From the NCBI GenBank assembly GCA_965230295.1, contig OZ246001.1:3936001-4000000 (forward strand): DNA of 64,000 bases, given 5' to 3'. The stretch is from Marinicella sp. (GTDB lineage: Bacteria; Pseudomonadota; Gammaproteobacteria; Xanthomonadales; Marinicellaceae). How positions within the stretch are numbered: position 1 is the first letter of the stretch; every line of letters begins with the position of its first letter. The notes under the pieces are model-generated. The model did no database searches and was not told the DNA's origin. It saw nothing but the letters and a program-made list of their open reading frames with translations. Made by a program: the position numbers and the translations under genes. Positions 1 to 10,540 of this stretch are shown in pieces.

Positions 1-1566
1 ATTCATGATCACTGTTCTGCGCTCATCACCAAAATTCTCACGAATTTCTTCTAACTCTTCTGTGACCACAGCCATCAAGCGGTCGGGGTTAGTCAAAATC
101 TCCAGGTATTCTTTGATGTGAACAATGATTTCTTTGAACTCATCAGTGATCTTGTCTTGTTCCAAGCCTGTTAGGCGATGCAACTGCAAATCCAAGATGG
201 CTTTGGCTTGAACGGGTGATAACTGATAGCCATCTTCAAAAAAGCCGTATTGATCATCCAGGCTTTCCGGGCGGCACAGATGGGCATCGTCATCTAACAA
301 GGCTTTGATCAATGAAGAATTCCATTTCTTGGCCAGTAATTTTTCACGGGCTTCAGCAGGGTTTTTTGAATTCTTAATCAACTCAATGACTTCTTCAATA
401 TTGGCCAAAGCAACAGCCAGGCCTTCCAATACATGGGCACGATCTCTGGCTTTTTTCAATTCGAAAATGGTGCGCCTCACCACCACTTCTCGGCGGTGTT
501 TAACGAACTCAGTCAGTATGTCCATCAGCCCGAGGGTTCGAGGCTGCCCATTAATCAAAGCCACCATGTTAATCCCGAACACCGTCTGCAACTGAGTCAG
601 CTTATACAATTGGTTCAGTAACACTTCTGCCACTTCACCGCGACGCAATTCAAACACGATACGCATACCGTCTTTATCAGATTCGTCACGCAATCCACTG
701 ATGCCTTCAATTTTTTTCAACTTAACCAATTCAGCGACTTTTTCGATCAAACGGGCTTTGTTCACCTGGTAAGGCAATTCAGTGACCACAATGGTCTGTT
801 TCCCAGATGCATCATCGGTTTCAATTTCTGATCTGGCGCGCATGTAGACTTTACCGCGTCCTGTGGCGTAAGATTCCCTGATACCTTCAGCACCATTGAT
901 AAAAGCTGCCGTTGGAAAGTCAGGGCCTGGTAAATGAACCATCAAATCATCCAGAGTGGCATCTGGGTTCTTGATGAGCTCGATGGTGGCGTTGATGACT
1001 TCGGTTAAATTATGTGGCGGGATATTGGTGGCCATACCCACCGCAATACCCGATGAGCCATTGACCAACAAGGCCGGTACACGAGTAGGTAAGACTTCAG
1101 GCTCAGTGTCAGTTTCATCATAATTGGGGATGAAATCAACTGTATCCTTATCAATGTCGGCCATCATTTCATGAGAAATTTTAGCCATTCTGACTTCGGT
1201 GTATCGCATGGCTGCCGGAGAATCCCCATCAACCGAACCGAAATTACCCTGACCATCAACCAACATATAGCGCATAGAAAACGGTTGCGCCATCCTGACA
1301 ATCGTGTCATAAACGGCGGTATCACCATGGGGGTGGTATTTACCAATCACATCACCAACCACGCGGGCTGATTTCTTGTGGGCTTTGTTCCAGCTAACTC
1401 CCAATACATTCATGGCATACAGTACACGCCTGTGTACTGGTTTAAGACCATCCCTTACGTCTGGCAGTGCCCTGCCAACAATCACACTCATCGAATAATC
1501 GAGGTATGATTTTTGCATTTCATCTTCGATATTTATTTTAATGATATCGCTTGAATTTTCCGCCAT
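1..1566 (-). CDS. gyrA: DNA gyrase subunit A (5' part; continues beyond window start)
   Basis: Not in ORF track (no stop in window). Manual translation from ATG at 1566: [52 protein letters not shown]...[47 protein letters not shown]. Confidence 0.97.
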   Translation of the reverse strand, partial: MAENSSDIIKINIEDEMQKSYLDYSMSVIVGRALPDVRDGLKPVHRRVLYAMNVLGVSWNKAHKKSARVVGDVIGKYHPHGDTAVYDTIVRMAQPFSMRYMLVDGQGNFGSVDGDSPAAMRYTEVRMAKISHEMMADIDKDTVDFIPNYDETDTEPEVLPTRVPALLVNGSSGIAVGMATNIPPHNLTEVINATIELIKNPDATLDDLMVHLPGPDFPTAAFINGAEGIRESYATGRGKVYMRARSEIETDDASGKQTIVVTELPYQVNKARLIEKVAELVKLKKIEGISGLRDESDKDGMRIVFELRRGEVAEVLLNQLYKLTQLQTVFGINMVALINGQPRTLGLMDILTEFVKHRREVVVRRTIFELKKARDRAHVLEGLAVALANIEEVIELIKNSKNPAEAREKLLAKKWNSSLIKALLDDDAHLCRPESLDDQYGFFEDGYQLSPVQAKAILDLQLHRLTGLEQDKITDEFKEIIVHIKEYLEILTNPDRLMAVVTEELEEIRENFGDERRTVIMN

Positions 1567-1776
1567 AAATCAACAGTTACCGCTAGATTAAATAAGCACG
1601 AGATTGTAACACACATGACACCTCCAAAGCGCAAGAAAATCTGGAAATTGCGAATTCAAAGCCCCACAACAGGAAATCCACCTAAAACCATATATTTGTA
1701 GCACTTTGAGAATAAAACGCCTCAGAATTGGCTGAATTAAGCCATTTATGAATTTAAGGCATTAAATTTGATTTGT

Positions 1777-2898
<1,122 letters not shown>

Positions 2899-2927
2899 TT
2901 ATTCTCTGTTCAAATTTCAGCCGCACA

Positions 2928-3416
2928 TTATACCGGCTTGTTATCCAGTTCGGTCAAAAACTCATACAATCCTTCACTGGCCACCTCCAACAGGTCAAGC
3001 ACCAGCTCAAAACCATCTCCGGTCCCATAATAAGGGTCTGGCACTTCATCATAGCCCGTACTGGTTGCAAAACGCATCATAGGAATGACTTTATGCTGTG
3101 CTTGGTCAGGAAACATGCGCTTGAGGTTATGTTGATTCTCAGCATCCATCACCACCAACCAATCGAAGCGATCATAGTCTTCATGAGCCACTTTTCTGGC
3201 TCGTAAATGACCCATTTCGATACCTCTTTTCTTGGCTGCCCGCATAGACCGCCTGTCTGGCTGTGATCCGATGTGGTATGAATGGGTGCCCGCAGAGTCA
3301 ATTTTAAAATCTTGCTTGCGCCCTTTGTTTTTAACCAATTGTGCAAAGACTGCCTCTGCTGAGGGGGATCGACAGATGTTGCCCATACATATAAATAATA
3401 CTTTTTTTACTGACAC
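2928..3416 (-). CDS. Low-molecular-weight protein-tyrosine phosphatase
   Basis: P-loop CMGNICRS, DSAGT, VPDPYYG. Confidence 0.95.
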   Translation of the reverse strand: MSVKKVLFICMGNICRSPSAEAVFAQLVKNKGRKQDFKIDSAGTHSYHIGSQPDRRSMRAAKKRGIEMGHLRARKVAHEDYDRFDWLVVMDAENQHNLKRMFPDQAQHKVIPMMRFATSTGYDEVPDPYYGTGDGFELVLDLLEVASEGLYEFLTELDNKPV

Positions 3417-3459
3417 GAATTTACCCTACCAATCATTTTGTTTATGATGATGTGATTTA

Positions 3460-4335
3460 TTGAACGACACATCAACCGACATTATGCCAAAAATCAAAGC
3501 TTTTAAATACAGCAACAAATCAGCCAGACCCACTCAAGAACAAGCCAATGACTTTGTCATAACCAATAACCTCAGCTTAAAAAAGAATGCCAAACAAATC
3601 GGCAAGCTTCAGGAAGCACTTAAAGCCGATGGTAAACAAGCCGTATTGATCATTTTTCAAGCCTTAGATGCGGCAGGTAAAGACAGCACCATTCGCAATG
3701 TGTTCAATCGGGTCGACCCTGCTGGTTTCAATGTGGCTTCATTCAAAGCACCATCAAAACTGGAAGCGGCTCATGATTTTATGTGGCGATGCTACCAGCA
3801 ATTCCCGGCCAAAGGTCACTTAACAACCTTCAACCGCAGTTATTACGAAGAAACCCTGGTTGTCAAAGTTCACCCGGAATTTCTCAAAGGACAAGGCATT
3901 GATCAAAAACCCAACAAAGCTTTTTGGCAACAGCGATATGATTTCATCAACCAGACCGAAGCCCACTTGGCGGCCTCAGGAACCAAAGTCATTAAATTCT
4001 TCCTCGATGTCAGCCAACAAACACAGCACAAGCGCTTTATTCGACGCTACGCCACACCAGAGAAACAGTGGAAATTCAACACTGGAGATCTCAAAGAAAG
4101 CCTGCTGTGGGATCAGTACCAAAAAGCCTTCAACAGCATGTTGAAAATGACTTCTACCAAAGTGGCTCCCTGGTATGTAATACCCGCTGATGACAAACCA
4201 AACATGCGGATACTGGTCTCCGAAATCATTAAGCAGCACTTAAAAGAGATGAGCTGTCAATTCCCGACGCTGGAAGCCTTTGATGAAGATGAATTGAAGC
4301 TGATCGATGATTTGGTGAAAAACCACCGGCCGTAA
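3460..4335 (+). CDS. Polyphosphate kinase 2 family protein (class III-like); ATG at 3484 is a likely start
   Basis: FQALDAAGKDSTI Walker A, FNRSYYEE, WKFNTGDLKE, APWYVIPADDK. Confidence 0.92.
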   Translation: MNDTSTDIMPKIKAFKYSNKSARPTQEQANDFVITNNLSLKKNAKQIGKLQEALKADGKQAVLIIFQALDAAGKDSTIRNVFNRVDPAGFNVASFKAPSKLEAAHDFMWRCYQQFPAKGHLTTFNRSYYEETLVVKVHPEFLKGQGIDQKPNKAFWQQRYDFINQTEAHLAASGTKVIKFFLDVSQQTQHKRFIRRYATPEKQWKFNTGDLKESLLWDQYQKAFNSMLKMTSTKVAPWYVIPADDKPNMRILVSEIIKQHLKEMSCQFPTLEAFDEDELKLIDDLVKNHRP

Positions 4336-4342
4336 ATTGGCT

Positions 4343-4666
4343 CTATGGATACATCTTCAATAACATCATCAATTTGACACTGCGTGCTGCAACAAAGGTC
4401 ATCAGGGCCACCAGAACAATCAACCAGATGTTGAAGTTCACCCAAACGGCCACATAAATCGCTGCAATGGATATGATAACGGGAAAAATCATTTCCCAAA
4501 GCAATGCCCAATACCAGGGGACAACCAAATCATATGCTTGCTCCTTTTTGCAGCGACCACACTTGATTTGTAGGAATAAAAATACAAATGGTAGTAAAGT
4601 TTTATAAACCATCCACTTTTTACCGATGGTGGGTTTCCCACATTCAGTACAGACACGGTTCATCAA
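4343..4666 (-). CDS. Small membrane protein with two CxxC motifs (cxxc_20_cxxc-like)
   Basis: CTEC...26 aa...CGRC followed by two hydrophobic helices; start overlaps the ycgL stop. Confidence 0.65.
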   Translation of the reverse strand: MMNRVCTECGKPTIGKKWMVYKTLLPFVFLFLQIKCGRCKKEQAYDLVVPWYWALLWEMIFPVIISIAAIYVAVWVNFNIWLIVLVALMTFVAARSVKLMMLLKMYP

Positions 4667-4932
4667 CGGCTGCCGTATTCAATCACCTTGGTGGCACCTT
4701 GCGGTGGCATTTGTAGGTAAAACCCTTGCGATTGAAGGTTGGCTTTAACGGTGTCAATGTTTTCTGAAGCCAATCGATTGCGTTGGTTGAGGTCTAGTTG
4801 CATCACTTGTTCACACTTACCCAACAGCTGTTGTAACTCTACTGGTAAGTCTTCCCATGCTTGCTTTTCAGCCAAATAGAGGTATGCTCCGGTCTTTTTA
4901 CCGGATCGCCAAACAGTACAATGCATGCTCAT
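4663..4932 (-). CDS. ycgL: YcgL domain protein
   Basis: CTVWRSGKKTGAYLYL...LPVELQQLLG...L..QGFYLQMPP pattern. Confidence 0.9.
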   Translation of the reverse strand: MSMHCTVWRSGKKTGAYLYLAEKQAWEDLPVELQQLLGKCEQVMQLDLNQRNRLASENIDTVKANLQSQGFYLQMPPQGATKVIEYGSR

Positions 4933-5072
4933 TCATCATCCATCGGTTTTGGCTCGACTTGATCGGCTGATTTGTTCTTGGGCTGGTTACCAATCACTGT
5001 TTTTAATGGACAGACTTTCAGTATGGGGCACTTTTCACAACCTGCCACCAAGGCATACGGACATAAAGTCAT
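4929..5072 (-). CDS. 47-aa Cys-rich miniprotein (not in ORF track)
   Basis: MTLCPYALVAGCEKCPILKVCPLKTVIGNQPKNKSADQVEPKPMDDE*; AGGAG RBS 7 nt upstream; stop overlaps ycgL start (ATGA). Confidence 0.8.
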   Translation of the reverse strand: MTLCPYALVAGCEKCPILKVCPLKTVIGNQPKNKSADQVEPKPMDDE

Positions 5073-5126
5073 CAGCAGCTCCTGTTATCACTTCAGAACC
5101 GCAGATTTTAGCATGAATGATGAGGC

Positions 5127-5441
5127 TTATCTCACACCCGTGATGCGACAAGATTGCAATTCAGGATGGGTGTCCAAAATGGTGAAGTCACCATTACCCA
5201 TATCCGCCTTTAACTGTCGAACACCACTGGTCAAAAAATAAGTCACCTCAATGTTTCCTTCAGTCTTTAAATAGGAGCTCCACCGATCACCTGGTTGACG
5301 ACATACCACTTCACACCCTTCTTTGGCATCACAAACAATGGTTTCGTGGTGTACCAAGGAATTCATCACACTGCCATCATCGTCATGTGCAAAGACCATA
5401 CTTGAGAAAAATAAGCCAGTTGTCAAAATTAAAGTTTTCAT
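5127..5441 (-). CDS. Hypothetical secreted protein (4 Cys)
   Basis: Signal peptide MKTLIL...VFA|H, GAAGGTG RBS, four cysteines. Confidence 0.75.
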   Translation of the reverse strand: MKTLILTTGLFFSSMVFAHDDDGSVMNSLVHHETIVCDAKEGCEVVCRQPGDRWSSYLKTEGNIEVTYFLTSGVRQLKADMGNGDFTILDTHPELQSCRITGVR

Positions 5442-5552
5442 AACACACCTTCATTTCAAATAAATAATGTGTTCATTGTAGTGTCAGGCCATGAACCCGC
5501 CATTAATGTTCTCTGAAGAAAAATGTGAACCAGTTCCATTGGTTTTGTTGCA

Positions 5553-6917
5553 TCAATCAACATCAATGATAATTCGATCAGCTGTTTCTTTAATGACAGC
5601 AAAACTTTGTTCAACCGCTACAGAATCAGTTTGCCAATTACTGACACTGATCCGCATCGCCAAGCGATCTTTCCAAATGGTTTGCCCAACCCAACAAGTC
5701 CCTTCTTTTTGTACAGCATCCAAAATGGCCAGATTTCTGGCTTCTGAACCAAAACACACCACCACTTGATTCAACACGACATCATTCATCACTTCGAATC
5801 CTGCATCCGAGAACAAACGCCCAAATTGCCTGGCACAGGCACAACACCGCTCAACCAACTCCGTCACCCCGGATTTTCCTAAATGACGTAAGACCGCATA
5901 GACATCAATACCTCGAGCCCTGCGTGATAACTCAGGCGTGTAGTCAGAAGGGTTTCTACCCGCATTCTCGGTGGGCAAGTAGGAAGCCGTGATGGCCATT
6001 GCAGCTTTCAAAGCATGCTCATTTCTGACAAATGCCAACCCAGAATCATAGGGCACATTCAACCATTTGTGGGCATCCGTGGCCCAAGAATCTGCCATCT
6101 CAACACCCAGTCCCAAGTGCTTTAACTGATCTGTAGCCATGGCCCAAAGGCCAAAGGCTCCATCCACGTGAACCCAGGCATTTTTTTTGTGTGCCAACTG
6201 ACAAATTTCACCGATGGGATCAAATGACCCCGAATTGATGTTACCTGCTTGGGTGATGATGATGCAGTTGTCCTTTATTTCAGGAAATTCTGACACCTTC
6301 ATTCGCCCCTGCTCATCTGTCGGTACTTTGATGACCCGATTTCTACCCAACCCCAACATGGCCAGTGATTTGTATACAGTGGGGTGTGATTCTTCACTGA
6401 TGATGATATGTAATTCAGGCGCTCCAATTAAGCCATCGGCTTCGACATCCCAACCAGCCTTTTTGAACACTTGGTTTCGAGCCGCAGCCAATGCAGTAAA
6501 ATTTGCCACGGTCGCACCAGTGACAAAGGCTGTGGCTGACTCAAGCGGTAAGCCAAGCATATCCAGCATCCATCTGGCAGAAACTTTTTCCAGCATGGCC
6601 ACTGCCGGAGTGGTTTTTTCTAAACCGGTGTTTTGATCCCAGGCGGTACCAAGCCAATTAGAAGCCACACTGACCGGATAACTACCACCAATAACAAAAC
6701 CGAAAAAACGAGGCGAACCCATTTTCATGGTTGCTGGAGAAACCCATTGGTTCAATTCATCAATCACCTGTTCTGCCGCAACCACTTCTTCTTGTAACTC
6801 AAAGTCAAGGTGTTTGAGGTTTTCACGGTCTTGGTCGGATACTTGTATGGGAAGGTCATTGGCTGATGCCAAAAATGCTTTGGCATAGCTGTGGGCTTGG
6901 TCATAAAGTTTGGTCAT
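5553..6917 (-). CDS. PLP-dependent group II (aromatic/glutamate-type) amino acid decarboxylase
   Basis: PRFFGFVIGG, WVHVDGAFG, ADSWATDAHKWLNVPYDSG (PLP Lys), PELSRRARG; likely start at ATG 6917 (track extends to 6953). Confidence 0.9.
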   Translation of the reverse strand: MTKLYDQAHSYAKAFLASANDLPIQVSDQDRENLKHLDFELQEEVVAAEQVIDELNQWVSPATMKMGSPRFFGFVIGGSYPVSVASNWLGTAWDQNTGLEKTTPAVAMLEKVSARWMLDMLGLPLESATAFVTGATVANFTALAAARNQVFKKAGWDVEADGLIGAPELHIIISEESHPTVYKSLAMLGLGRNRVIKVPTDEQGRMKVSEFPEIKDNCIIITQAGNINSGSFDPIGEICQLAHKKNAWVHVDGAFGLWAMATDQLKHLGLGVEMADSWATDAHKWLNVPYDSGLAFVRNEHALKAAMAITASYLPTENAGRNPSDYTPELSRRARGIDVYAVLRHLGKSGVTELVERCCACARQFGRLFSDAGFEVMNDVVLNQVVVCFGSEARNLAILDAVQKEGTCWVGQTIWKDRLAMRISVSNWQTDSVAVEQSFAVIKETADRIIIDVD

Positions 6918-7017
6918 CAGGGTCACCAACAAAGCAAAAAGCCAGTCTATCAAAAATACACTTTAATACCAGCATATTTCGGCACACAAGCCGGACCAAT
7001 TTCATGTCCGGTTTCAG

Positions 7018-7773
7018 TCATGTATATATCTTCAAATTCTGATAACGTCTCATGTCAGCAAACAATTTCATCTCCCAGGGTCGCATACCGACCAATAAAG
7101 TGGTGCCGTGACGCTGCTCCATTTTTAAATGCTGATCCTGTTCTGATAACAAGGTAAATTGCTGCCTCAAGCGATTGATGTTTTTTTGCATGGCTTCGTT
7201 GGACTCTTTACTCAACATCCCATTGGCTAACAAACGTATTTCACCGGGTCCGACGAACTGACTTTGCCAAAAATCACTTTGGATGTTTTGCTCAAAGAAC
7301 TTTTGTACCGGTCCATTTTCGATCCAATGGAAATTGGGTGATATTTTCAGCTTGATGACATTGTTCGGCTTTAATTCCAACAAATCTGTTTGTTCTAACT
7401 GCAACAGCATCTTCACCAACTCAGCTTCATCAATGTGGTAGGTTTGGTGTATTTCATCAAAAGACCAGTGGTTGCATGCACAGACCGTCACCAACAAGTA
7501 TTTGACATCTGACACCATGAGCTGTTCTTGTTCTTCTGTCAATTGAACCAAGTCATTGGTTTGATTTTGAATGACTTGTAACAGGTCAACCAACTCCATA
7601 TCCATCAACTCACACACCTTGATCAAACGGCCCAAGCTGATCTGGCCCTGAGAAAATGAACGTTTCACACTGGACTCAGACAATTCTAAATGCTTGGCCA
7701 CCTGTGCATAATTGATTTTATGTTGTTTCAATAAGCCTTTAACAGCTTGCAATATGATTTCAGTTTGCGACAT
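7018..7773 (-). CDS. XRE/Cro-type HTH transcriptional regulator
   Basis: N-terminal YAQVAKHLELSESSVKRSFS HTH; C-terminal WIENGPVQKFF and RPWE; divergent from lipoprotein gene. Confidence 0.85.
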   Translation of the reverse strand: MSQTEIILQAVKGLLKQHKINYAQVAKHLELSESSVKRSFSQGQISLGRLIKVCELMDMELVDLLQVIQNQTNDLVQLTEEQEQLMVSDVKYLLVTVCACNHWSFDEIHQTYHIDEAELVKMLLQLEQTDLLELKPNNVIKLKISPNFHWIENGPVQKFFEQNIQSDFWQSQFVGPGEIRLLANGMLSKESNEAMQKNINRLRQQFTLLSEQDQHLKMEQRHGTTLLVGMRPWEMKLFADMRRYQNLKIYT

Positions 7774-7886
7774 AAGAAAGTTTCGATATGTTATACCTTG
7801 GTCCTGATTATAGACCCTTTCTCTAGATTTGTTGTAAAAAACGAGACCTTGTTTATATTGAAGCCAATTTTAACCAGGACCCAATT

Positions 7887-8720
7887 ATGCCGAAATTTAC
7901 CCTTATTGTGTTGACTTGTATCCTGTCATCCTGCTCTATGCTTGGACATGAGAAAGTCAGGCACAGCAAAACAACCAGTTTAGTGAGCTTCCTCTACCCA
8001 AGTGGTAAAATCCCAGATGACCTCAAATCTCCTGTTTTACATTTACCTTTGCGTGTGGGATTGGCCTATGTGCCAGAAAGTGGTGGTCATGGCAACATTG
8101 ACCCAAGGTTGAAATTAGAACTACTGAACACAATCAAACTGCAATTTGAGAACCGCAGATATGTACAAGACATCCAGATCATTCCACAACTGTACATGAG
8201 CCAAAGCAACCATGCTGACCAGTTAAAACAAATCAGACAACTTTATCAATTGGATGTGATTGCGCTGGTATCCTACGATCAAATTGTTAACCGCAAAGAA
8301 AATCTGTTGGCCATTACTTATTTAACCATTGTAGGTAATTACATTTTCCCGGGATCTCACTTCAATGTCAGTACATTGATTGATATGGCATTGATAGACC
8401 TGGACTCGAAGCGCCTTTTGTTCCGTGCAGCAGGTACCCATGGTTCCAAAGGAGCCTCAGCAGAAGCCTATACCAGACACCAGTATGACAAACACCAAAA
8501 CAGGGATTTCGCTCATGCCATGGACATGTTAAAAACCAATTTAGCCAATGAATTACAAGCCTTTGAAAACAGACTGCGGGCCAAGGACCCCAGCGATGAC
8601 ATCAAAGTAATGGCAAAACCAGGTTACCAAATGATTGCTGGCTGGCAGTTACTTTTATTGTTGTTGACAGTCATGATGATAAAAATGCGGTATACCATGG
8701 GACAAAAGTCCGAGCTCTGA
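7887..8720 (+). CDS. Rhombotarget lipoprotein
   Basis: Lipobox LSS|C17; SLVSFLYP, LPLRVGLAYVP, LDVIALVSYDQ, YLTIVGNYIFPG, LLFRAAG; C-terminal TM helix plus basic residues; abuts a rhomboid gene. Confidence 0.85.
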   Translation: MPKFTLIVLTCILSSCSMLGHEKVRHSKTTSLVSFLYPSGKIPDDLKSPVLHLPLRVGLAYVPESGGHGNIDPRLKLELLNTIKLQFENRRYVQDIQIIPQLYMSQSNHADQLKQIRQLYQLDVIALVSYDQIVNRKENLLAITYLTIVGNYIFPGSHFNVSTLIDMALIDLDSKRLLFRAAGTHGSKGASAEAYTRHQYDKHQNRDFAHAMDMLKTNLANELQAFENRLRAKDPSDDIKVMAKPGYQMIAGWQLLLLLLTVMMIKMRYTMGQKSEL

Positions 8721-9280
8721 TGAGATACCTATTGAACAATCATTACTTTTTCCTGTGGATGTGTGTGGTGAATACAGCTGTGGCTGTGGAATTTGGTTAT
8801 TTATCTCCTTTAACAGGATATGTTCAAGGTGACCACTCCCCAATTCATACGCTACTGACCACACACTTCACTCATCAAAACACCCGACATTTGCTCTCTA
8901 ATTTGGTTGGATTGTGGATGCTGCTGTATTTGTTTCCGAACAAAATTAAGGCCATACTGACTTCATTTTTTTTGTGTGTATTGATGACTGCCTGGTATGT
9001 TCAGTATTCTGAAATCTATGCTTTTGTGGGTTTTTCTGCACTGCTGTATTGTTTACCAGGGATTTATTTATTCCACAGCCTGGTTAATAAAAAATTCCAC
9101 ATCAGCTTGTTCATATTAATGATTCTTTACGCTTATTTGTATATGATAGTACCCATGAATTCACTGGAAAACAGTCAATGGCGCCCGATGACAGCTGCTC
9201 ACCTGATTGGCTTCGTTTCAGGGTTTTTGACAGGCTTTCTTGACTATGTACCCAATGACAAAACAGCCACATTAAACTGA
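8720..9280 (+). CDS. Rhomboid-family intramembrane protease (rhombosortase-like)
   Basis: HFTH..RHLLSN, GFSA (catalytic Ser), AHLIGFVSG (catalytic His), multiple TM helices; TGATG coupling to the lipoprotein. Confidence 0.8.
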   Translation: MRYLLNNHYFFLWMCVVNTAVAVEFGYLSPLTGYVQGDHSPIHTLLTTHFTHQNTRHLLSNLVGLWMLLYLFPNKIKAILTSFFLCVLMTAWYVQYSEIYAFVGFSALLYCLPGIYLFHSLVNKKFHISLFILMILYAYLYMIVPMNSLENSQWRPMTAAHLIGFVSGFLTGFLDYVPNDKTATLN

Positions 9281-9287
9281 AGTTTGA

Positions 9288-9929
9288 ATGAATAAAGCAA
9301 CATTTTTCATATTCATCATCACATCCCTGACTTTTTTCAATTCGACCAGCCAAGCTGCAAAAACTTTTTGTGGCAACAACCCCAAGGCCAAAGAGCTGGC
9401 TCAATTAATCCAATCACATAAGCGACAAAAAAGAGCCACTTTGACATGTAATGATAAACTGAATGAAATTGCACTCATTAAGGTTAAACACATCATCGAA
9501 AACCAAGACATTTGGCACAATGCAGGACGCATGGCTCCCAATCAACTGCTCCGCCATCATGGATTTAAACTGCCTAATACTTATCCATTATTCGGCAATC
9601 AAGTTGAGGCACTTGCAGGTGGCGAAGCTTCAGCTGAATTGGTGTTCAGTGACCTTTTAAACAGTGAACCACACAGAAAATTATTACTGGGCGATGATTT
9701 ATTCTTTTCTCAACAAGACCAGATAGGAGTCGCTTATATCGAAGCACTTGACACCGATCACCGACACTTCTGGGTGGTTATCATTGCTGACGAAAAAAAC
9801 ACACAAATCAAACAGGATCCTGTTATCAATGTGGAACCTCTTGTGATAGCACCTAAAAAAAGGAATCGTGGCAGAGAAATTAAAGAACGCATGTATCGCA
9901 ACAAAGCGAAAAAAATCAAAAGGTTTTAG
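9288..9929 (+). CDS. Secreted CAP/SCP-like domain protein with basic C-terminal tail
   Basis: Signal peptide; LTCNDKLNEIA, VEALAGG, LLNSEPHRKLLLG, QIGVAY, FWVVII. Confidence 0.75.
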   Translation: MNKATFFIFIITSLTFFNSTSQAAKTFCGNNPKAKELAQLIQSHKRQKRATLTCNDKLNEIALIKVKHIIENQDIWHNAGRMAPNQLLRHHGFKLPNTYPLFGNQVEALAGGEASAELVFSDLLNSEPHRKLLLGDDLFFSQQDQIGVAYIEALDTDHRHFWVVIIADEKNTQIKQDPVINVEPLVIAPKKRNRGREIKERMYRNKAKKIKRF

Positions 9930-9933
9930 TTGA

Positions 9934-10398
9934 TTAAACCAACCCTTCAAAACCAAGATCAGACAATGCTTGGTATAAGACAATAGCAGCTGTGTTGGAT
10001 AAGTTCAAACTGCGACTATCGGCTCTCATCGGGATGCGGATATTATGGATAGAATCATGCATAAGCACCTCATCTGGTAAGCCCCTGGTCTCTGGTCCAA
10101 ACAGCAAACAATCATTCACCTGAAAGTCTACTTGATGATGATAGGCCTTGGCTTTGGTTGTGAGGGCAAAGATTCGGTTGAATGCTTGCCCTGACATAAA
10201 CGCAGCAAAATTTTCATGTTGTTTTACTTTTGCCCATTCATGGTAATCAAGCCCGGCTCTGCGCAATGCTTTCACCTCCATATCAAAACCCAATGGGTGA
10301 ATCAAGTGTAATTGGGCTCCGGTATTGGCACACAAACGAATGATGTTACCGGTATTGGGTGGAATTTCTGGTTCATATAAAGCAATGTGCAACATCAT
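9934..10398 (-). CDS. trmL: tRNA (cytidine/uridine(34)-2'-O)-methyltransferase
   Basis: LYEPEIPPNTGNIIRLCANTG, RRAGLDYHE, FGPETRGLP, RSLNLSN. Confidence 0.97.
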   Translation of the reverse strand: MMLHIALYEPEIPPNTGNIIRLCANTGAQLHLIHPLGFDMEVKALRRAGLDYHEWAKVKQHENFAAFMSGQAFNRIFALTTKAKAYHHQVDFQVNDCLLFGPETRGLPDEVLMHDSIHNIRIPMRADSRSLNLSNTAAIVLYQALSDLGFEGLV

Positions 10399-10540
10399 TA
10401 TTTACTGAAAAAAAATGTCATTTTAGCCAATTGTGAATTCGACAACAATCCGTTTTAAGAATTGGAAAATATATCTTGATCTCAAGAAAAAATGCTTATC
10501 ACAGTTGGCAGGACTTTGTTAGAATAACACCAAGAGAGGA

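Noticed and set aside
1310-1335. Thr at the GyrA position equivalent to E. coli Ser83 (HGDTAVYD) as a quinolone-resistance mutation
   Set aside because: Thr is the wild-type residue in many gammaproteobacteria, such as Pseudomonas.
305-1371. Short track ORFs in the first 1.4 kb
   Set aside because: All overlap gyrA, which the track missed because its stop lies outside the window.
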